Positions 1 through 15,060 of a stretch of 64,000 nt of DNA are shown here, one piece after another. Source of the DNA: Eledone cirrhosa. Its lineage: Eukaryota. Each line of letters starts with the position of its first letter. Within the stretch, counting starts at the first letter, position 1. The translations under genes were made by a program, and so were the position numbers. The DNA is taken from contig OZ024741.1 in the NCBI GenBank assembly GCA_964016885.1, positions 326,244,001 through 326,308,000 on the forward strand, written 5' to 3'. The notes under the pieces are model-generated. The model was not told where the DNA came from. It did not search any database and was given only the letters and a program-made list of their open reading frames with translations.

Positions 1-3
1 AGA

Positions 4-164
4 GTGATTAACCTTTCCTTGTATATATCCCATTAAAGAAATATATTTCACCAATTACTTTCCTTGTTGACAATCCAATAATATCCACTTTCCGTGACTT
101 ACCATCTGATTAATTGGTGAAATATATTTCTTTAATGGGATATATACAAGGAAAGGTTAATCAC
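4..164. repeat. Fold-back inverted repeat, ~54-bp arms, ~53-bp spacer; left arm may extend beyond the window
   Basis: gtgattaacctttccttgtatatatcccattaaagaaatatatttcaccaatta (4-57) is the reverse complement of 111-164. Confidence 0.9.
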
Positions 165-404
165 ACTTAAAGGTAAATATTACCTATACTAGCTATGCGT
201 GGTTACACGCGAGCAAAAATTATCTCCTGTGATTATTCATGTATATTTATATGTTAATCAATCTCCAGTTATTATAATATGTTCGGATTTATTTATCTTT
301 GAGCTTAAATTCCCAGGATATATGGCGCATGCATTATGTCATGACACCCATGATTTCGATTTAGATTAAATTCATTTAATTCGTTTTATCTTAATTTTGG
401 ACTT

Positions 405-558
<154 letters not shown>

Positions 559-1070
559 GCTTAGCGTATTCATATAAATATACATAGGGTCATACGCACG
601 TGCATTGCTTTATAGAGAATAACTCAAATTAAGATTTTCAAAAGTCTTTACCATTTCCATTTGAAAGGTAAACCCAAATTATGCTGGAAAATCCTAAAAG
701 CTAAAACAAGCCGGTAATCATAATTAATGCTTCTTGAATAGACAAGTAAAAATTACTGGAGCGTGAAATAATCTTTCATCTGAAAATAGAAAATTCACAT
801 TAGATACTATTGTTGTATAATTCATCATCGAATGCCCAAGACCTATCCGACTGAATAATGTCACTCCTTAGTTTCTATGGGAAAGTATTAGTCTTTAGGC
901 TAGGATACAGAAACCCACACATGCACGCAAACACACAAAGACAGACATATACCTGCGTATGGACATGTATAATTACATACGTCATACATATATCTATATT
1001 TATATGTTTGTATAGATATCTATCTATGCATACACTCATACACGCACACACACATGTATATATATATCTG

Positions 1071-1115
<45 letters not shown>

Positions 1116-1579
1116 GAACAAAAGATGATTAAAAGAGTTCCATGTATTTTATTATGCGCATTTCAAAAACAAATATCATCATGCAATAATATTTGTGTTT
1201 TCATAGGATAAAATAGGAAGACATGATATGAAGGTTAAAAAACACTTGTGGATAGTGCAGTTTTAAATCAACATATGAAAAGTAGTTTTAGATTGATGTG
1301 TGATATTGGGAAAAATATATTTTTCAGGGCGGTGGGGTGGGGGTGGAAAGGATGAAAAAGAGGAGGAGATGAGAGTAAAAAGTGGAGAGGGAGGAATATA
1401 ATGAGGAAGGATGAGATAGGAGGAGAGATGGGTGATAGATAGAGAGAGATAGCTTTAATAACTGAGAAAAATATATTGTTTTACATAGAGAGGTTGAAAA
1501 CCGTTGGAAGATAATGTATAAATTAAAAGACTTTGAAAATTAACGAAGAGAAAAATAATGTAAAGTTAAGGTTTGTATA

Positions 1580-1750
1580 TTGAAGGGTTTAATAATATGG
1601 GCGATGAAAAGAAAATGTTAATATGTATTAAGAATAATATTTAAGGGTTTAATAATATGTGCGATGGAAAGAAAAAGTTAATATGTATTAAGAGTAATAT
1701 TTAAGGGTTTAATAATATGTGCGATGGAAAGAAAATGTTGATATGTATTA
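1580..1750. repeat. 60-bp tandem repeat, ~3 copies, in the PLE 3' UTR
   Basis: aagggtttaataatatg.gcgatg.aaagaaaa.gtt.atatgtatta recurs at 60-nt spacing. Confidence 0.85.
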
Positions 1751-2178
1751 TTAAAAAGAACAAGTAATGTAAGTAAGGATATATTGTGAGATGAGCATGA
1801 GTAAGTTAGATGAAAGGGAGAAAAAATAATGAATTGGGGATGAATAATCTAACGTCAAAAAATGTTTATGTTTACGAAGGATTTTTACAAGGTGATATAT
1901 AGTAAGAATGTATTGTATTGTGTAATAATTGTTTCTATGTTAGGCAACAGTGAGAAAAGGTACAGATTAGGGGTTAGACATTAAAAGAAAAAGAGAAGAA
2001 AGGGAAAATGAAGAAAGGGAAGTGACAAATAGGAGTGATATAGAATGAGTAACAAGTATTATATAATGTATAATAAATAACTTTGAAATAAGGTAGGAAG
2101 ATGGGTATATTTTTAAAGAAGTATATATATATATATGTGCCTTTGAGAAAAAATTCTAAATTGATAAAGTTTTGGATA

Positions 2179-4554
2179 TTAGCTGTATACTTTGTGGAAT
2201 GTTTTGTGGAATTTATGCAAGCAGAGAGAAAACAAGTCAGTGCGTCTATTTATTATAGAATCTAAATTAGATATAATGGTAAATGTTTCATTTAGACAGA
2301 GATTGCAAATCTTGGATAGAGAACTGTTCAAGACGCAGAAGAAACCTTTTTCCAAAAGATGCTATATTTAATATTTTTGTCTTTCAAGGACCATATGTGT
2401 TCTGAGAGAGCCGTGTTGGTTCTTTTAAGTTTGTATTTAAAAGACGAATGATGGTTATAAAGACGAGCTTTAAAGGAGGTGGAAGTGGAGCCAAAATAGG
2501 TGAAGGAATTGGTGTCAGTTATAACTTTACATTCGTAAATTAAATTTTTATCAAGACAATGGTTGTTGAGAGGACATTTATTTTTAACAGAGGGCAATTG
2601 CAATTGCGATTAGAGAGATTATTAACGAGTGACCTAGTGTTATCTATAGAAGGAATTGGATTGGAGAAGTTATTTGCGATAGGAATAATAGTTTCTTGAT
2701 TTAGAATGGGATTAAGAACATTTAGCGAAGTTGTGTTTGACGTTGTATTTGGGTTTGCAGAAATTAGCCTAGAGTTTACAATGACGTCGGGAGTACTATT
2801 ACTATTATTATGATATTCAGTGTTGGAAGGAAGAGATTTAGTATTTAGTATTTTATTGTTGTGTTTAGAGATAATGTTGGAAATGTTGGAGGATGTCGAA
2901 TAGGAAAATTTTATAGTGTGTTTGTTAAATATTTTACTATAGATATGTGAGGGAGGGAAGCATTTATTTAAGGCACTAAAGAATAATTTAGGAATATTAT
3001 TATTAATAGAGATGGAGAAAGAAGCATTATACCAGATTATGTTTTTGTATCTAGGTCTTTTATTAAAGTTATTGGAATGATCATGATTAATTATTCTACT
3101 GTAAGATCTTCTAGAATTTGTTTCTTTACTATATTTGAATTTATCAGGATAGCCGGCTTTAGAAAGCGCGTTATTATAGTAATTGGCGTTAGCATCAAAG
3201 ATGTTTTTATTAGAAGATAGGTTAGATATTCTTTTTCCAATATTACTAACTATAGCATTCTTGATATTAGTAGGATGGTTAGATTTAAAATTAACATAAT
3301 TTAGGTTCTCATTGTTTTTATGGTAAGGGTAATATAGGCCAGTGTCAAGATTAAGAGATACATCCAAGAAATTAGCTAGTTTGATGCTGTTATCAAATTC
3401 AATTTTTAGGTTATGTTGGTTAAAGAGATTACGTATATTGTTCTTAATAATAGTAAGGTTAACTATGTTGCAATTTAAGATAGTAAAGAGTCCATCGTCA
3501 CGATAAATTCCACCGCGAAGTTGAGGAATTTTCCGACTCAAAGAGTTCAAAATAAAGATACCATTTAAATCTGTCAATTGGGATAAATCGGATGCTCCCA
3601 TTGTGATGTCGAAGTTGTTAGAGGTATCGACTCTGGTCCAATATTCATTGTTGAACTCTAAGTTGGTTTTTCGTGCGGTGAGAATGATGTGAAGTTCATC
3701 TGTGGTGATGTCAGTATATTTAAGTGCGAAAGATAGAGCATTATTGAGAAGTGAAGGCGAAATAGAAGAATAGTAGCTGGCAATATCAAATTGAACACAT
3801 TTTAGTTTGTTTTTCTTATTCAATTTGTTGAACCAGCCAATCACTTCAGAAGTACCAAACCATAAATTTAAGTTCAAAGAAGAGCAATTAGAACGAACCT
3901 GATGGCTTTACTAACAACCCCCAGATCTGATTTAGAGGGCGCGATTAATCTAACAGGTAATTCAGTGCGAAAATTGTTTTTGTGATCCTTGAGATTTATC
4001 CTCGGAGTTCTTGGGAGGAATGGTTCGGTCTATTTTTCGATGCCAAGTTTTGACATAATCTCAGAGGCTTCAAAGTTTATGTATTCTAAATTATCATGGT
4101 TGGTTTTACGATATTTTTTCCTAAGTTCCTTTAGGATAAGGTTGTTAAAATTATCCTTGGAAATACCATATACATTATTGGTTTTGTCAGAGTGGACTAA
4201 AACGTTTTTTGAGGAATTTAGGTTCGAAATTGTGTTCTTGAGATGTACAAGGTGCTCTTGTCCTTTGTAAGGGTATCTCTTGAATTTAAGATTTTTTATA
4301 ATTTTAGTTAACTCTTCCTCGAATTGCACTAGATTTTTGTTGGAAGAAGGATTTCTTCTAGAATTAAATAGATGATCGAGGAAGTTATGTTCCTGGGTAT
4401 GGAAGTTCCCTTTTAGGCGCTGGTCATAGAAATAAGCTATCCATCTAAGTCTTCTTACGAAGGAGTCAGTTTTTTCAATTAGAAGTTTGGTGAATTCAGA
4501 TTTACCAGGTATAGGAATGTCTTTAGTTGAATTGGTTATGTTGTAATAATCCAT
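2179..4554 (-). pseudogene. Frameshifted PLE reverse transcriptase + GIY-YIG endonuclease ORF
   Basis: Joins track ORFs 4030-4653, 2540-3877 and 2328-2603 plus a manually read C-terminus (SKICNLCLNETF..INRRTDLFSLCLHKF..stop at 2179); at least three frameshifts. Confidence 0.85.
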
Positions 4555-4683
4555 GTTGTAGAAGAAAAAAGTAAAGGACCATCTTGTGTTCTTATATATT
4601 ATGTATACTCCAGTCCTACAAACTGTAGAGTGCTTCTTATCCGATATCTGCATTGCTTTATTGTACTACAATAAAACTCACCT

Positions 4684-4745
<62 letters not shown>

Positions 4746-4911
4746 ATACAATAACAGAGATAGTTTAAAGCTAAACTCTGACTGGTAACCATCTCACTCA
4801 ACAAACGTTAGGTTATATTAAAACATAAACCCAATTTAAGTGTTTGGGGTGCTAACAATATGTATAATGTGGAAAAACCAGTTGTATTATTTTATGAGAT
4901 ATAATTAAAGT

Positions 4912-6976
<2,065 letters not shown>

Positions 6977-7075
6977 AATATATATATATATATAGTTGTG
7001 TATAATGGTAGCTATGGTGCTTCCATAGGCGGTATGCCAAAATTAGCACTCGATATTCAGCAGAGTAGAGTATAG

Positions 7076-7632
7076 ATAGTATAAAGAAAACGAAAAATCA
7101 GTGATGCATCTGGGAGTGAGGGAGAGAGTGTGTGTGTATATATACTTTTATGTATGTATGTGGGGGTGTGTGTGTCTGCACATGTAGACGTACGTGTGTG
7201 TATGCATAAATATGTATTTGTCTCCTTGTGTGTGTGTTTATGTGTGTATATTACTGTGTGGGTGCTTACTCAGAAGTGTGAACAGACGCGTGAAATACTG
7301 AACCCAGCATGACTCCATCGAAATGTGTCGGACAGAAAATGGCTGATAACCCGTGTGGCACAGATAGTCACCAGAACTTGTGATGACGTGCAGTAAAAAC
7401 AGCCAATGGCATGACAAGAGTGGAAGTAGGGTTTTTTTAGGGTGTTTTTTATGATAACACCCCAGTAATAAAATTTGCTCCAGACGAAACACTCGTGTCT
7501 GAAAGAACCCGCAGAAGTAGAATGAGCCAGATCCATACAAGAACCATGTCTCGAACTACATACCGGCGAAATAATTGTAACACGCAATAAATTAAGCTCA
7601 GATGCATCAGTGATTTTTCGTTTTCTTTATAC

Positions 7633-7634
<2 letters not shown>
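7076..7634. mobile_element. ~560-bp element with ~36-bp terminal inverted repeats (MITE-like or fold-back)
   Basis: atagtataaagaaaacgaaaaatcagtgatgcatctg (from 7076) vs cagatgcatcagtgatttttcgttttctttatactat (~7599-7634), one mismatch; abuts (TA)n. Confidence 0.7.
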
Positions 7635-7670
<36 letters not shown>

Positions 7671-7702
7671 CATAATCATACATACATTTATTTATAAAGA
7701 TA

Positions 7703-7786
<84 letters not shown>

Positions 7787-7894
7787 TATACACATACGTT
7801 CTTATATTTATAAATATATATATATATATACAAATATATATACATAGCTCTGTAGCTCTCCTTTAGCACTCTCCTTTCCTTTACCGTTCCTACG

Positions 7895-7932
<38 letters not shown>

Positions 7933-7948
7933 GATATGTACATGCATA

Positions 7949-8018
<70 letters not shown>

Positions 8019-8155
8019 GATATGTACATGCATATATATATATATATATACCTCCTTTTAACCTCACCAAAACAATCGATAGCCAGCAGTCAAAGAAATT
8101 GTTTACATTAAATATTAAAAATGACGCCATAAGGCATGGAAAATCCATGCTGTCC

Positions 8156-8240
<85 letters not shown>

Positions 8241-8368
8241 GAATGTAATCTGAGTTTTTCGAATATTTATAATAACATTCGATTCATTTGCAATTTTGCA
8301 AACAAGCCGCAATTTTATAGCCATGTCACTAGAATGAACCCTACATTCTTGCTCTTGTGTTGATATGC

Positions 8369-8430
8369 GAACAGAACTGCAGACACTAATGTTTCCGGGG
8401 ATAACCCTTCATCAGTATAGCTCACTGTTC
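8369..8430 (-). ncRNA. Minimal type-I hammerhead ribozyme
   Basis: gaacagtgagctata CTGATGA agggttatccccg GAAAC attagt GTC tgcagttctgttc; stem I pairs, core intact. Confidence 0.75.
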
Positions 8431-8650
8431 ACCTGCCAAACTCTCAGAGCTAGTGAACATATATGCTATTTCAAAAATACACAGTGACTGATGGGCCTGA
8501 TTTGCATATTAGCAGACTGGCTGATATTAGCAGATCCACTGATCAGCCAGATGTTCATATCAGTAGACTGGCAATATGTTTGTGTATATATACATATATA
8601 TATAACTGAAAACAGCATATATTTTCACTAGCTCTGACAGTTTGGCAGGT

Positions 8651-8712
8651 GAACAGTGAGCTGTACTGATGAAGGGTGATACCCATAAATATTAGTGCCT
8701 GCAGTTCTGTTC
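8651..8712 (+). ncRNA. Decayed hammerhead (inverted-arm copy)
   Basis: CTGATGA intact; GAAA changed to TAAA and GTC to GCC. Confidence 0.55.
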
Positions 8713-9139
8713 GCATGCCAACACAAGAGCAAGAATGAAGGGTTCATTCTACTGACATGTCTATAAAATTAAGGCTTGTTTGCAAAATTGCAAACGAATT
8801 GAATGTTATTATTAGTATTCGAAAAACTCAGATTACATTTATTGTCTTCAGCCATGTAGAGCGAAAATTCTCTTTACTTTGGTGCTTCAAATATTTCTTT
8901 GTCTTCTATTCTGTACGAAATAGTTATTAGTAGATCTTGTTATTGCTATACTATCTGCAGGTAACTATGTCGCATTAATGATAATTGCATGAGCATTCGC
9001 ATTTTTTCCACTTATCAATCCACGATTATATTTGACATCGTGGTTGTGTTTGGAACCAGATGCATCAAGAGGAGACTAAAAGTTATATCTTAGCACAAAT
9101 AAATAAGGTACATTAAATCCTAATTTAATTACCTTAAAC

Positions 9140-9560
9140 AACTGAATAGATAATGAACACAATAGATAACTGAATAGATAATGAACACAATAGATAACTG
9201 AATAGATAATGAACACAACCACAAGGACATGGTCCGAACGTGAAAAGAGGAACTTCCACTGTAATCGCTACCATCTCTCTCACCCTCCCCTTCACTCTGT
9301 ATGGTGAGCAAATGGGGTCCCACGTGCTGGCCTTCACACAGCCCCGCTCGACAGAATGGAGAAGGAGTTTCCCCGGACGATGGTGATGCGTTGGAAGAGC
9401 CATTCCAACTCTCGAGGCTCACACTTGCGGCTCGTCAGCTCAGCGCCTATGGTGGTGAGTAGGGAGGTAACCCCAGGGCCAAGGGCACCAGAAGTCTCTA
9501 CTGCTAAGGGCACGACCGCAAACCTGTCGGAGAGCGACCGGCCGCTCTTTTGTAGCTACA
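9140..9560 (-). mobile_element. 3' fragment of a CRE-like (restriction-like endonuclease) non-LTR retrotransposon with a 28-bp tandem tail
   Basis: Minus translation RSLSDRFAVVPLAVETSGALGPG..IGAEL..EPRELEWLFQRI..RGNSFSIL resembles the CRE-type PxAxETxG..FQR..RGN C-terminus; related copy at 51150-51340. Confidence 0.65.
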
Positions 9561-11342
9561 GCGCACAGTTAGATTTCCTCGCTCGCTTCACCGACTTGAA
9601 CGTCATCAGCAGAATGAGCTTTGATGTGGCAGACTTCTCGTCGTAATTGGTCTCTACTGCGCTAACAAACAGGAAGAGCCCCACACGGGATAACCTTTTT
9701 CCAATTTTAGTGGGGTAAATTACTTATCTGTGACTCCATATGATTTAACACGTTCTCTAGTGTGAGGCCGCTTTTGAGTGCTACTGGTAGCATGTAATCC
9801 AGTACAACCTGTCGCGTGGTCGGGTTTTCGGCGACTAAACCGGCAACCCCACCAAGTTTACTTTGTGAGGAGGGATATGTTGGACACCCTGCAGGACAAA
9901 AAACAAAATCTGGCAAAAGGCGGAAGGCCTCCCAAGAGTCAACGGCCATCTAAAAAATAAAAAATAAAAAAACCTGCCAAATCAATCGGTGGCAGTTGTT
10001 CCAGCTGCACGCATCAAAATGCTGGTGTAGTGGTTCTGAGAACAATGCGGCTTTGCAGATGACCAATGCAAATTGACAATGGAAAGGCGCTCCCGCTTGA
10101 GTTAGAAGAGAACTATTGACCTTGAGGAGAAGCTGCGACCCCTGATCGTATTCAGCAACCGAAACAAATATGAAGTACATCAAATCCAATACCCCCTGGT
10201 TCTTCTTATTTGCGAGTGTAAACTCGGCCAGATTAGATTAGATTAGATCTAGTGCCCACCACATTGATTCGGTTACACACGCTGGTAATGTCTCCCGTAA
10301 CACATAAGAATGAAAGATAAATACGTATGAGACATCGACTAACGGTTTCCTTTCAATACTGGTTAACATAGAGATATTCGGTGTCCTCGTTTGATTAAAA
10401 AAACGAAACCCCCTCCTCCACCCAAAAGAAAAAAACCAAACATATCACTAGAGTAAAGAAGCCCATGGGTTGGTATGGCAAATATAGTGGGCATCGCTTT
10501 TTTCCCGACAATGCTTTCACCATCTATCAGCATGACACTGTCAAGAAAGTGCACCCCCCGCCGCACACTACAAATCTCCACCTTTTTTTCTTTTCATCTG
10601 TTGGACAGGCAGTGACTAACAACATAATGTTTTCAGTCTCCATGTCTGATTCTGACATATATGCGTAGCTTGTAAATAAGAATTTCAAGCGGTTTCGCTG
10701 GCCGTGGTGATCCCTGCCAAACATCTTTTGCAATATCTTATTGGCTAATTTCATCGTCTTATTGGCTAATCAACCAATGAGAGTAATTGTTGCTCAAAAG
10801 CATCCGCACTTTGTTTGCACGTTTATTTATCGTTTCGCTTTCGAATCTTCCTCATGTATTTCGTCGTTTTATCATCAAAATATTTTTCTCGTTTTCGTAA
10901 GTTATATTGTTAATTTATATATAATTTTTTTAATTTATATTAACTATTTTTTTTTCAGTTCGTTATAACATGCTTATAATACTGGTTGTATCATATTTAC
11001 TTGTATAATTGTCCATATTATTGTTCGTTTTATGTTAAATTATTTTATTATTATGTTACATTATTTTTTTTATTATGTTAGACTATTTGTATGTAATATT
11101 TAATTTTTATTAATTCAACTATAACAATTATTGTGTAAAATATATTTATTTAATATTGATTGTTTTTTGTAGTTGTTTATATTAAAAGTCTGAAAATATT
11201 TTTATACATCTTACAATAATATTTATAAGATCATTTATAAAATAACAATTACATAATCTAATTACATTACAACAATAATTTATTATTAATATATATCATG
11301 TTTAACTAGAGTTTTTATAAGCGTTGCCTTAAAAAAATATTA

Positions 11343-11792
11343 AACTAGAGCTGAAAAATGCGCAAGCTCAAAAGAGTCACAGAATGTTATAATAAACCTT
11401 CAAAAGTGTGGGACTAGAGTTGTTGCTCAAAAATATTTTAATCATTATCTATCGTACACTCTGTGGCATTCTTTTATAAAAAGAGACTCATAACGAACTC
11501 AAGACGACACGAGAATTATTTAAGTGAATTTATAATATAGAATTCGGGGTTAAGTGCATTTCGTATTAATCATTACTAAACAACTATTATGAGATATTGA
11601 ACATTAGCTTAAATAATTATCGTGTCGTCTTGAGTTCGTTATGAGTCTCTTTTTTATAAAAGGATGCCACAGAGTGTACGATAGATAATGATTACAATAT
11701 TTTTGAGCAACAACTCTAGTCCCACACTTTTGAAGGTTTATTATAACATTCTGGGGCTCTTTTTAGCTTGTGCATTTTTCAGGTCTAGTTTA
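11343..11792. repeat. Fold-back inverted repeat, ~185-bp arms, ~83-bp spacer
   Basis: 11343-11524 is the reverse complement of 11608-11792 with few mismatches. Confidence 0.9.
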
Positions 11793-12069
11793 ACTGTTCC
11801 CAATATTCCATTTGTTCTGTTTATGAGTTTATACATTTCAATATAAAATGTTGAATCAATAAAATATATATTCGATTCTTTTTTCTCGGAAATGCATATC
11901 TGTTATGATACGGCGCAAACCATAAAGCAAAACGTGAAGACAACAAGATACACACACACACACAGACACACACACACACACTTATATATATATGTACACA
12001 TATATATATATATATAGACGTCGGATAGAATACTTTACATTATTCGTCCCACCTAATTGCGCGCCCTGA

Positions 12070-12155
12070 CTTCAAATTCCAGGGGGGGGGGGTCTACTAT
12101 GCCTTTCATTCTTTGAAGGTCGATAAAAAAAGTACCAGTCCAGTACTGGGGTTGA
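12070..12155 (+). mobile_element. MetaSINE-type SINE fragment
   Basis: ttcaaattcc..gcctttcattctttgaaggtcgataaaaaaagtaccagt matches the 17344-17530 copy. Confidence 0.6.
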
Positions 12156-12300
12156 TTTTTTCTCTATAGAAACAAATAGGCTGTGTTCAGACCTGGAGTG
12201 TGTTGGGCTCCACCAGGATTAAAAGTGCCCTTCACACGCCGTTTGACGGTGCATCTACGACTTCACAAGGAGTTATGGGATCTTTAACCTTTATATATAT

Positions 12301-13365
12301 ACTAGCAGAAAAACCACCTTTTGGGTGGTTTTTCTGCTGGCATGTGTAGTGTGTATATTGATATTATACGCAAGTATATATGCATGTAGATATGATACAT
12401 CAAATAAAATCGTAATTGACAATATAAACAGAAATTGATCAAAAACTATGTTACACTCTCTTCTGTAATCAGTAATGTAATCCATGATACATTAAAAAAA
12501 GAGGATATTATATATCTGCTAGCATGTGTAGTGTGTATATTGATATTATACGCAAGTATATATGCATGTAGATATGATCAAATAAAATCGTAATTGACAA
12601 TATACACATAAATGGAACGAAGACTGTGGTACACTGCCTTATATAATCAGTAACGTAATCCATGATACGTTTGCATTAGGAGAAAATTAGTGACAGAAAT
12701 ATATGAATATTTATATAAACGATCACTAACCGGAAGTGTTGATATTTGAACATTTTAAAGAATTGAATCTTTAAATAAATAATAAAATATATTTAATGAA
12801 CAGCCACGAAATTTGGTGGTTAAATTATGTAATATTCGTTCATTATTTGTTCAAAGTAATCCAACTTATTTTACTAAAGGGATACAAAATTATACACCGT
12901 ACGCAGTCCCGCGCTACTTACTTTATTATAGTTTAGATATACATATTTATATGTATACACGTTATTAATGTTTGATATAACAGATATGTACGTATGTGTT
13001 ATATCGAACATTAAATATGTACTAGCAGAAAAACCACACTTCGGGTAGTTCTCTGCTAGCATGTGTAGTGTGTATATTGATATTATACGCAGGTATATAT
13101 AGATGTAGATATGATACATCAATATATAATACATAGAAATTGAACGAAGACTGTGTTACACTATCTTATGTAATCAGTAACGTAATCCATGATACATTAA
13201 AAAAGACGATATTATATATAAACTGCATTAGGAGAAAATTAGTGACAGAAAATTAGTATGTTAATTTTAGCGATGGCCAACCGGAAGTGTTGACATTTCA
13301 AAAATTTTAAAGAAGTAAATCTTTAAATAAACAAAATATATTCAATCAACAGCCACGAAATTTAG
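12301..13365 (-). mobile_element. Tandemly reiterated non-autonomous Helitron-like element (three partial units)
   Basis: Units begin at ~12301, ~12516 and ~13021 and share ~170-350 bp; on the minus strand two end in hairpin (cagaaaaaccacc..ggtggtttttctg) + CTAG|T. Confidence 0.5.
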
Positions 13366-13494
13366 TATACGAACGCCTCCGTATGTGTGCGTGTGTGTGT
13401 ATATATGTGTGTGTATGTGTGTTTTTATATCTATGTTTTTTACATACTTATATATACGTGTGTGTGTGTGTATGGGTGAATGTATGTGTATATG

Positions 13495-13546
<52 letters not shown>

Positions 13547-14290
13547 AGTGTATGTATGTGTGTATATGTATATATATATATATAGTCGCATACGTACGTG
13601 TGATTAGATATACATGTGCCGATATATATATATGTGCTTCGTGTGTATGCATGCGCGCCTCTGTATGTATGTACGCATGTATGTGCTTTTGTCTGTACGT
13701 ATTTATATATATATATTTATATATATATATGTGTGTACGAACCTATGTTTGTTTTCTTTTTTCTAGTGTCAATTTATAATTGATAACCCTCCCTCTTACT
13801 TTCTCTTTGATTTAAACATTTTTCATTTTTATACATGCATCGAGCCTCAGACTGACACTCCTTTGACTATTACACTCCCTTCCCTGTATATCATTCGCAT
13901 ATATGTGATCGCGCGTGTGTGTGTGTTTATACGCGTGCTTTCATACTTGTATGTGTATATATTTAATACCTGAATCTGGATGTATGTTAACTATATGATC
14001 TTACAATTTCTTTTTCAACTTATATTATATACGTATTTGTGGTCACATATACACTGATATGCTTGCCCTCATATATGTACTTACGCACACATTTCACTAT
14101 ACACATGCATTTGTACATACACACATATGTACATTTGTGAGTGAACATACGCACATTTATAAACATACCCTAACTATATTTCTTTATTTTTTTATATATC
14201 TCTTGCATTACTTTTATTTATATATTTTCTTGCCCGTTAAACTGTTGCCTTTCTTGAGGAGATTTTTCAAATATTTCACTATGTTTTAAA

Positions 14291-14364
14291 TTGCCTTGTC
14301 CGATGAACGAATGGGGACGTTTTTTGTATTCGTCTTATTCGGCAAACCTCTGGTAATGAGGTAA
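14291..14364 (+). ncRNA. Decayed type-I hammerhead
   Basis: ttgccttgt CCGATGA a cgaatggggacg..cgtcttattcg g CAAAC ctct GGTA atgaggtaa; stems I and II pair, two core substitutions. Confidence 0.55.
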
Positions 14365-14400
14365 TTATATTGTATTGTTTATTATACATTATATATATAT

Positions 14401-14776
14401 ATAAATTAATAAAAACAATGAAATAAAAACAAAGAACAAGTTCCTTATATAAAAAAATTCAGCATTTTACGATCGTTTCTGGGATGTATATGTGTGTTGG
14501 TATGTATATCATGTTTAAGATCTATGTAAAAGTATTACAAATTATCAGAGGAAATATACATACCCTCACTTATACATGCCGTCCTCAGAAAGGACGGCAT
14601 GTATAAGTGAGGGTATGTATATTTCCTCTGATAATTTGTAATACTTTTACATAGATCTTAAACATGATATACATACCAACACACATATACATCCCAGAAA
14701 CGATCGTAAAATGGTGAATTTTTTAATATAAAGAACTTGTCCTTTGTTTTTATTTCATTGTTTTTATTAATTTATC
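14401..14776. repeat. Near-perfect palindrome, ~185-bp arms with a 5-nt loop; fold-back of a PLE 3' end
   Basis: Apex ..catgccgtcct CAGAA aggacggcatg..; arm homologous to ~27310-27470. Confidence 0.95.
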
Positions 14777-14913
14777 TTGACTCTGTTTTCCTATGAACTT
14801 TACGTAAATTTTTGAATGCATCTTCTCTTTTCATGATATCTTCGATATTTGAATTACATTGAGTTCTTCATACGGATTGGACACTATCGTATATTTTGGT
14901 AGATTTATCTACA

Positions 14914-14959
<46 letters not shown>

Positions 14960-14989
14960 AAATCAAAAGATGTTTAAAAGAGTTCCATG

Positions 14990-15060
14990 TATTTTATTAT
15001 GCGCATTTCAAAAACAAATATCATCATAGGATTATATTTGCATTCTCATCAGATAAAATA
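14990..15060 (-). ncRNA. Type-I hammerhead within a solo copy (~14965-15123) of the 3' end of the 1114-4686 Naiad family
   Basis: tattttat CTGATGA gaatgcaaatat..atatttgttttt GAAA TGCGCA TA ataaaata; 8-bp stem I, palindromic stem III; the 1.15-kb copy has CCTATGA. Confidence 0.8.

Larger units (their letters stand above)
1114..4686 (-). mobile_element. Near full-length Penelope-like retroelement, Naiad-type, flanked by (TA)n on both sides
   Basis: N-terminal STKDIPIP..LLIEK..FVRRLRWIAYF; RT motifs QFDIASYY, FDITMG, GIYRDDGL, NFLDV; CNC-x5-CP-x4-C linker; GIY-YIG-like LIY..TYFGST; CNLC..C-x-H tail; 3' region with a decayed hammerhead at ~1149-1215. Confidence 0.85.
8241..8840. repeat. Fold-back element, ~230-bp diverged arms, each carrying a hammerhead motif
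   Basis: 8241-8470 is the reverse complement of ~8610-8840; starts at the end of a (TA)n tract. Confidence 0.9.

Noticed and set aside
2328-2330. In-frame TGA in the Naiad endonuclease as possible selenocysteine
   Set aside because: The conserved CNLC motif continues in another frame, so this is a frameshift. The TGA near 28710 in the other copy replaces a conserved Trp, not a Cys
4770-4815. CTGACTG..AAACGTT hammerhead-like trace
   Set aside because: Too degenerate; stem II does not pair
9140-9215. Short regularly spaced repeats as a CRISPR array (also 1580-1750)
   Set aside because: Plain tandem repeats without unique spacers in eukaryotic retroelement UTRs; no cas genes
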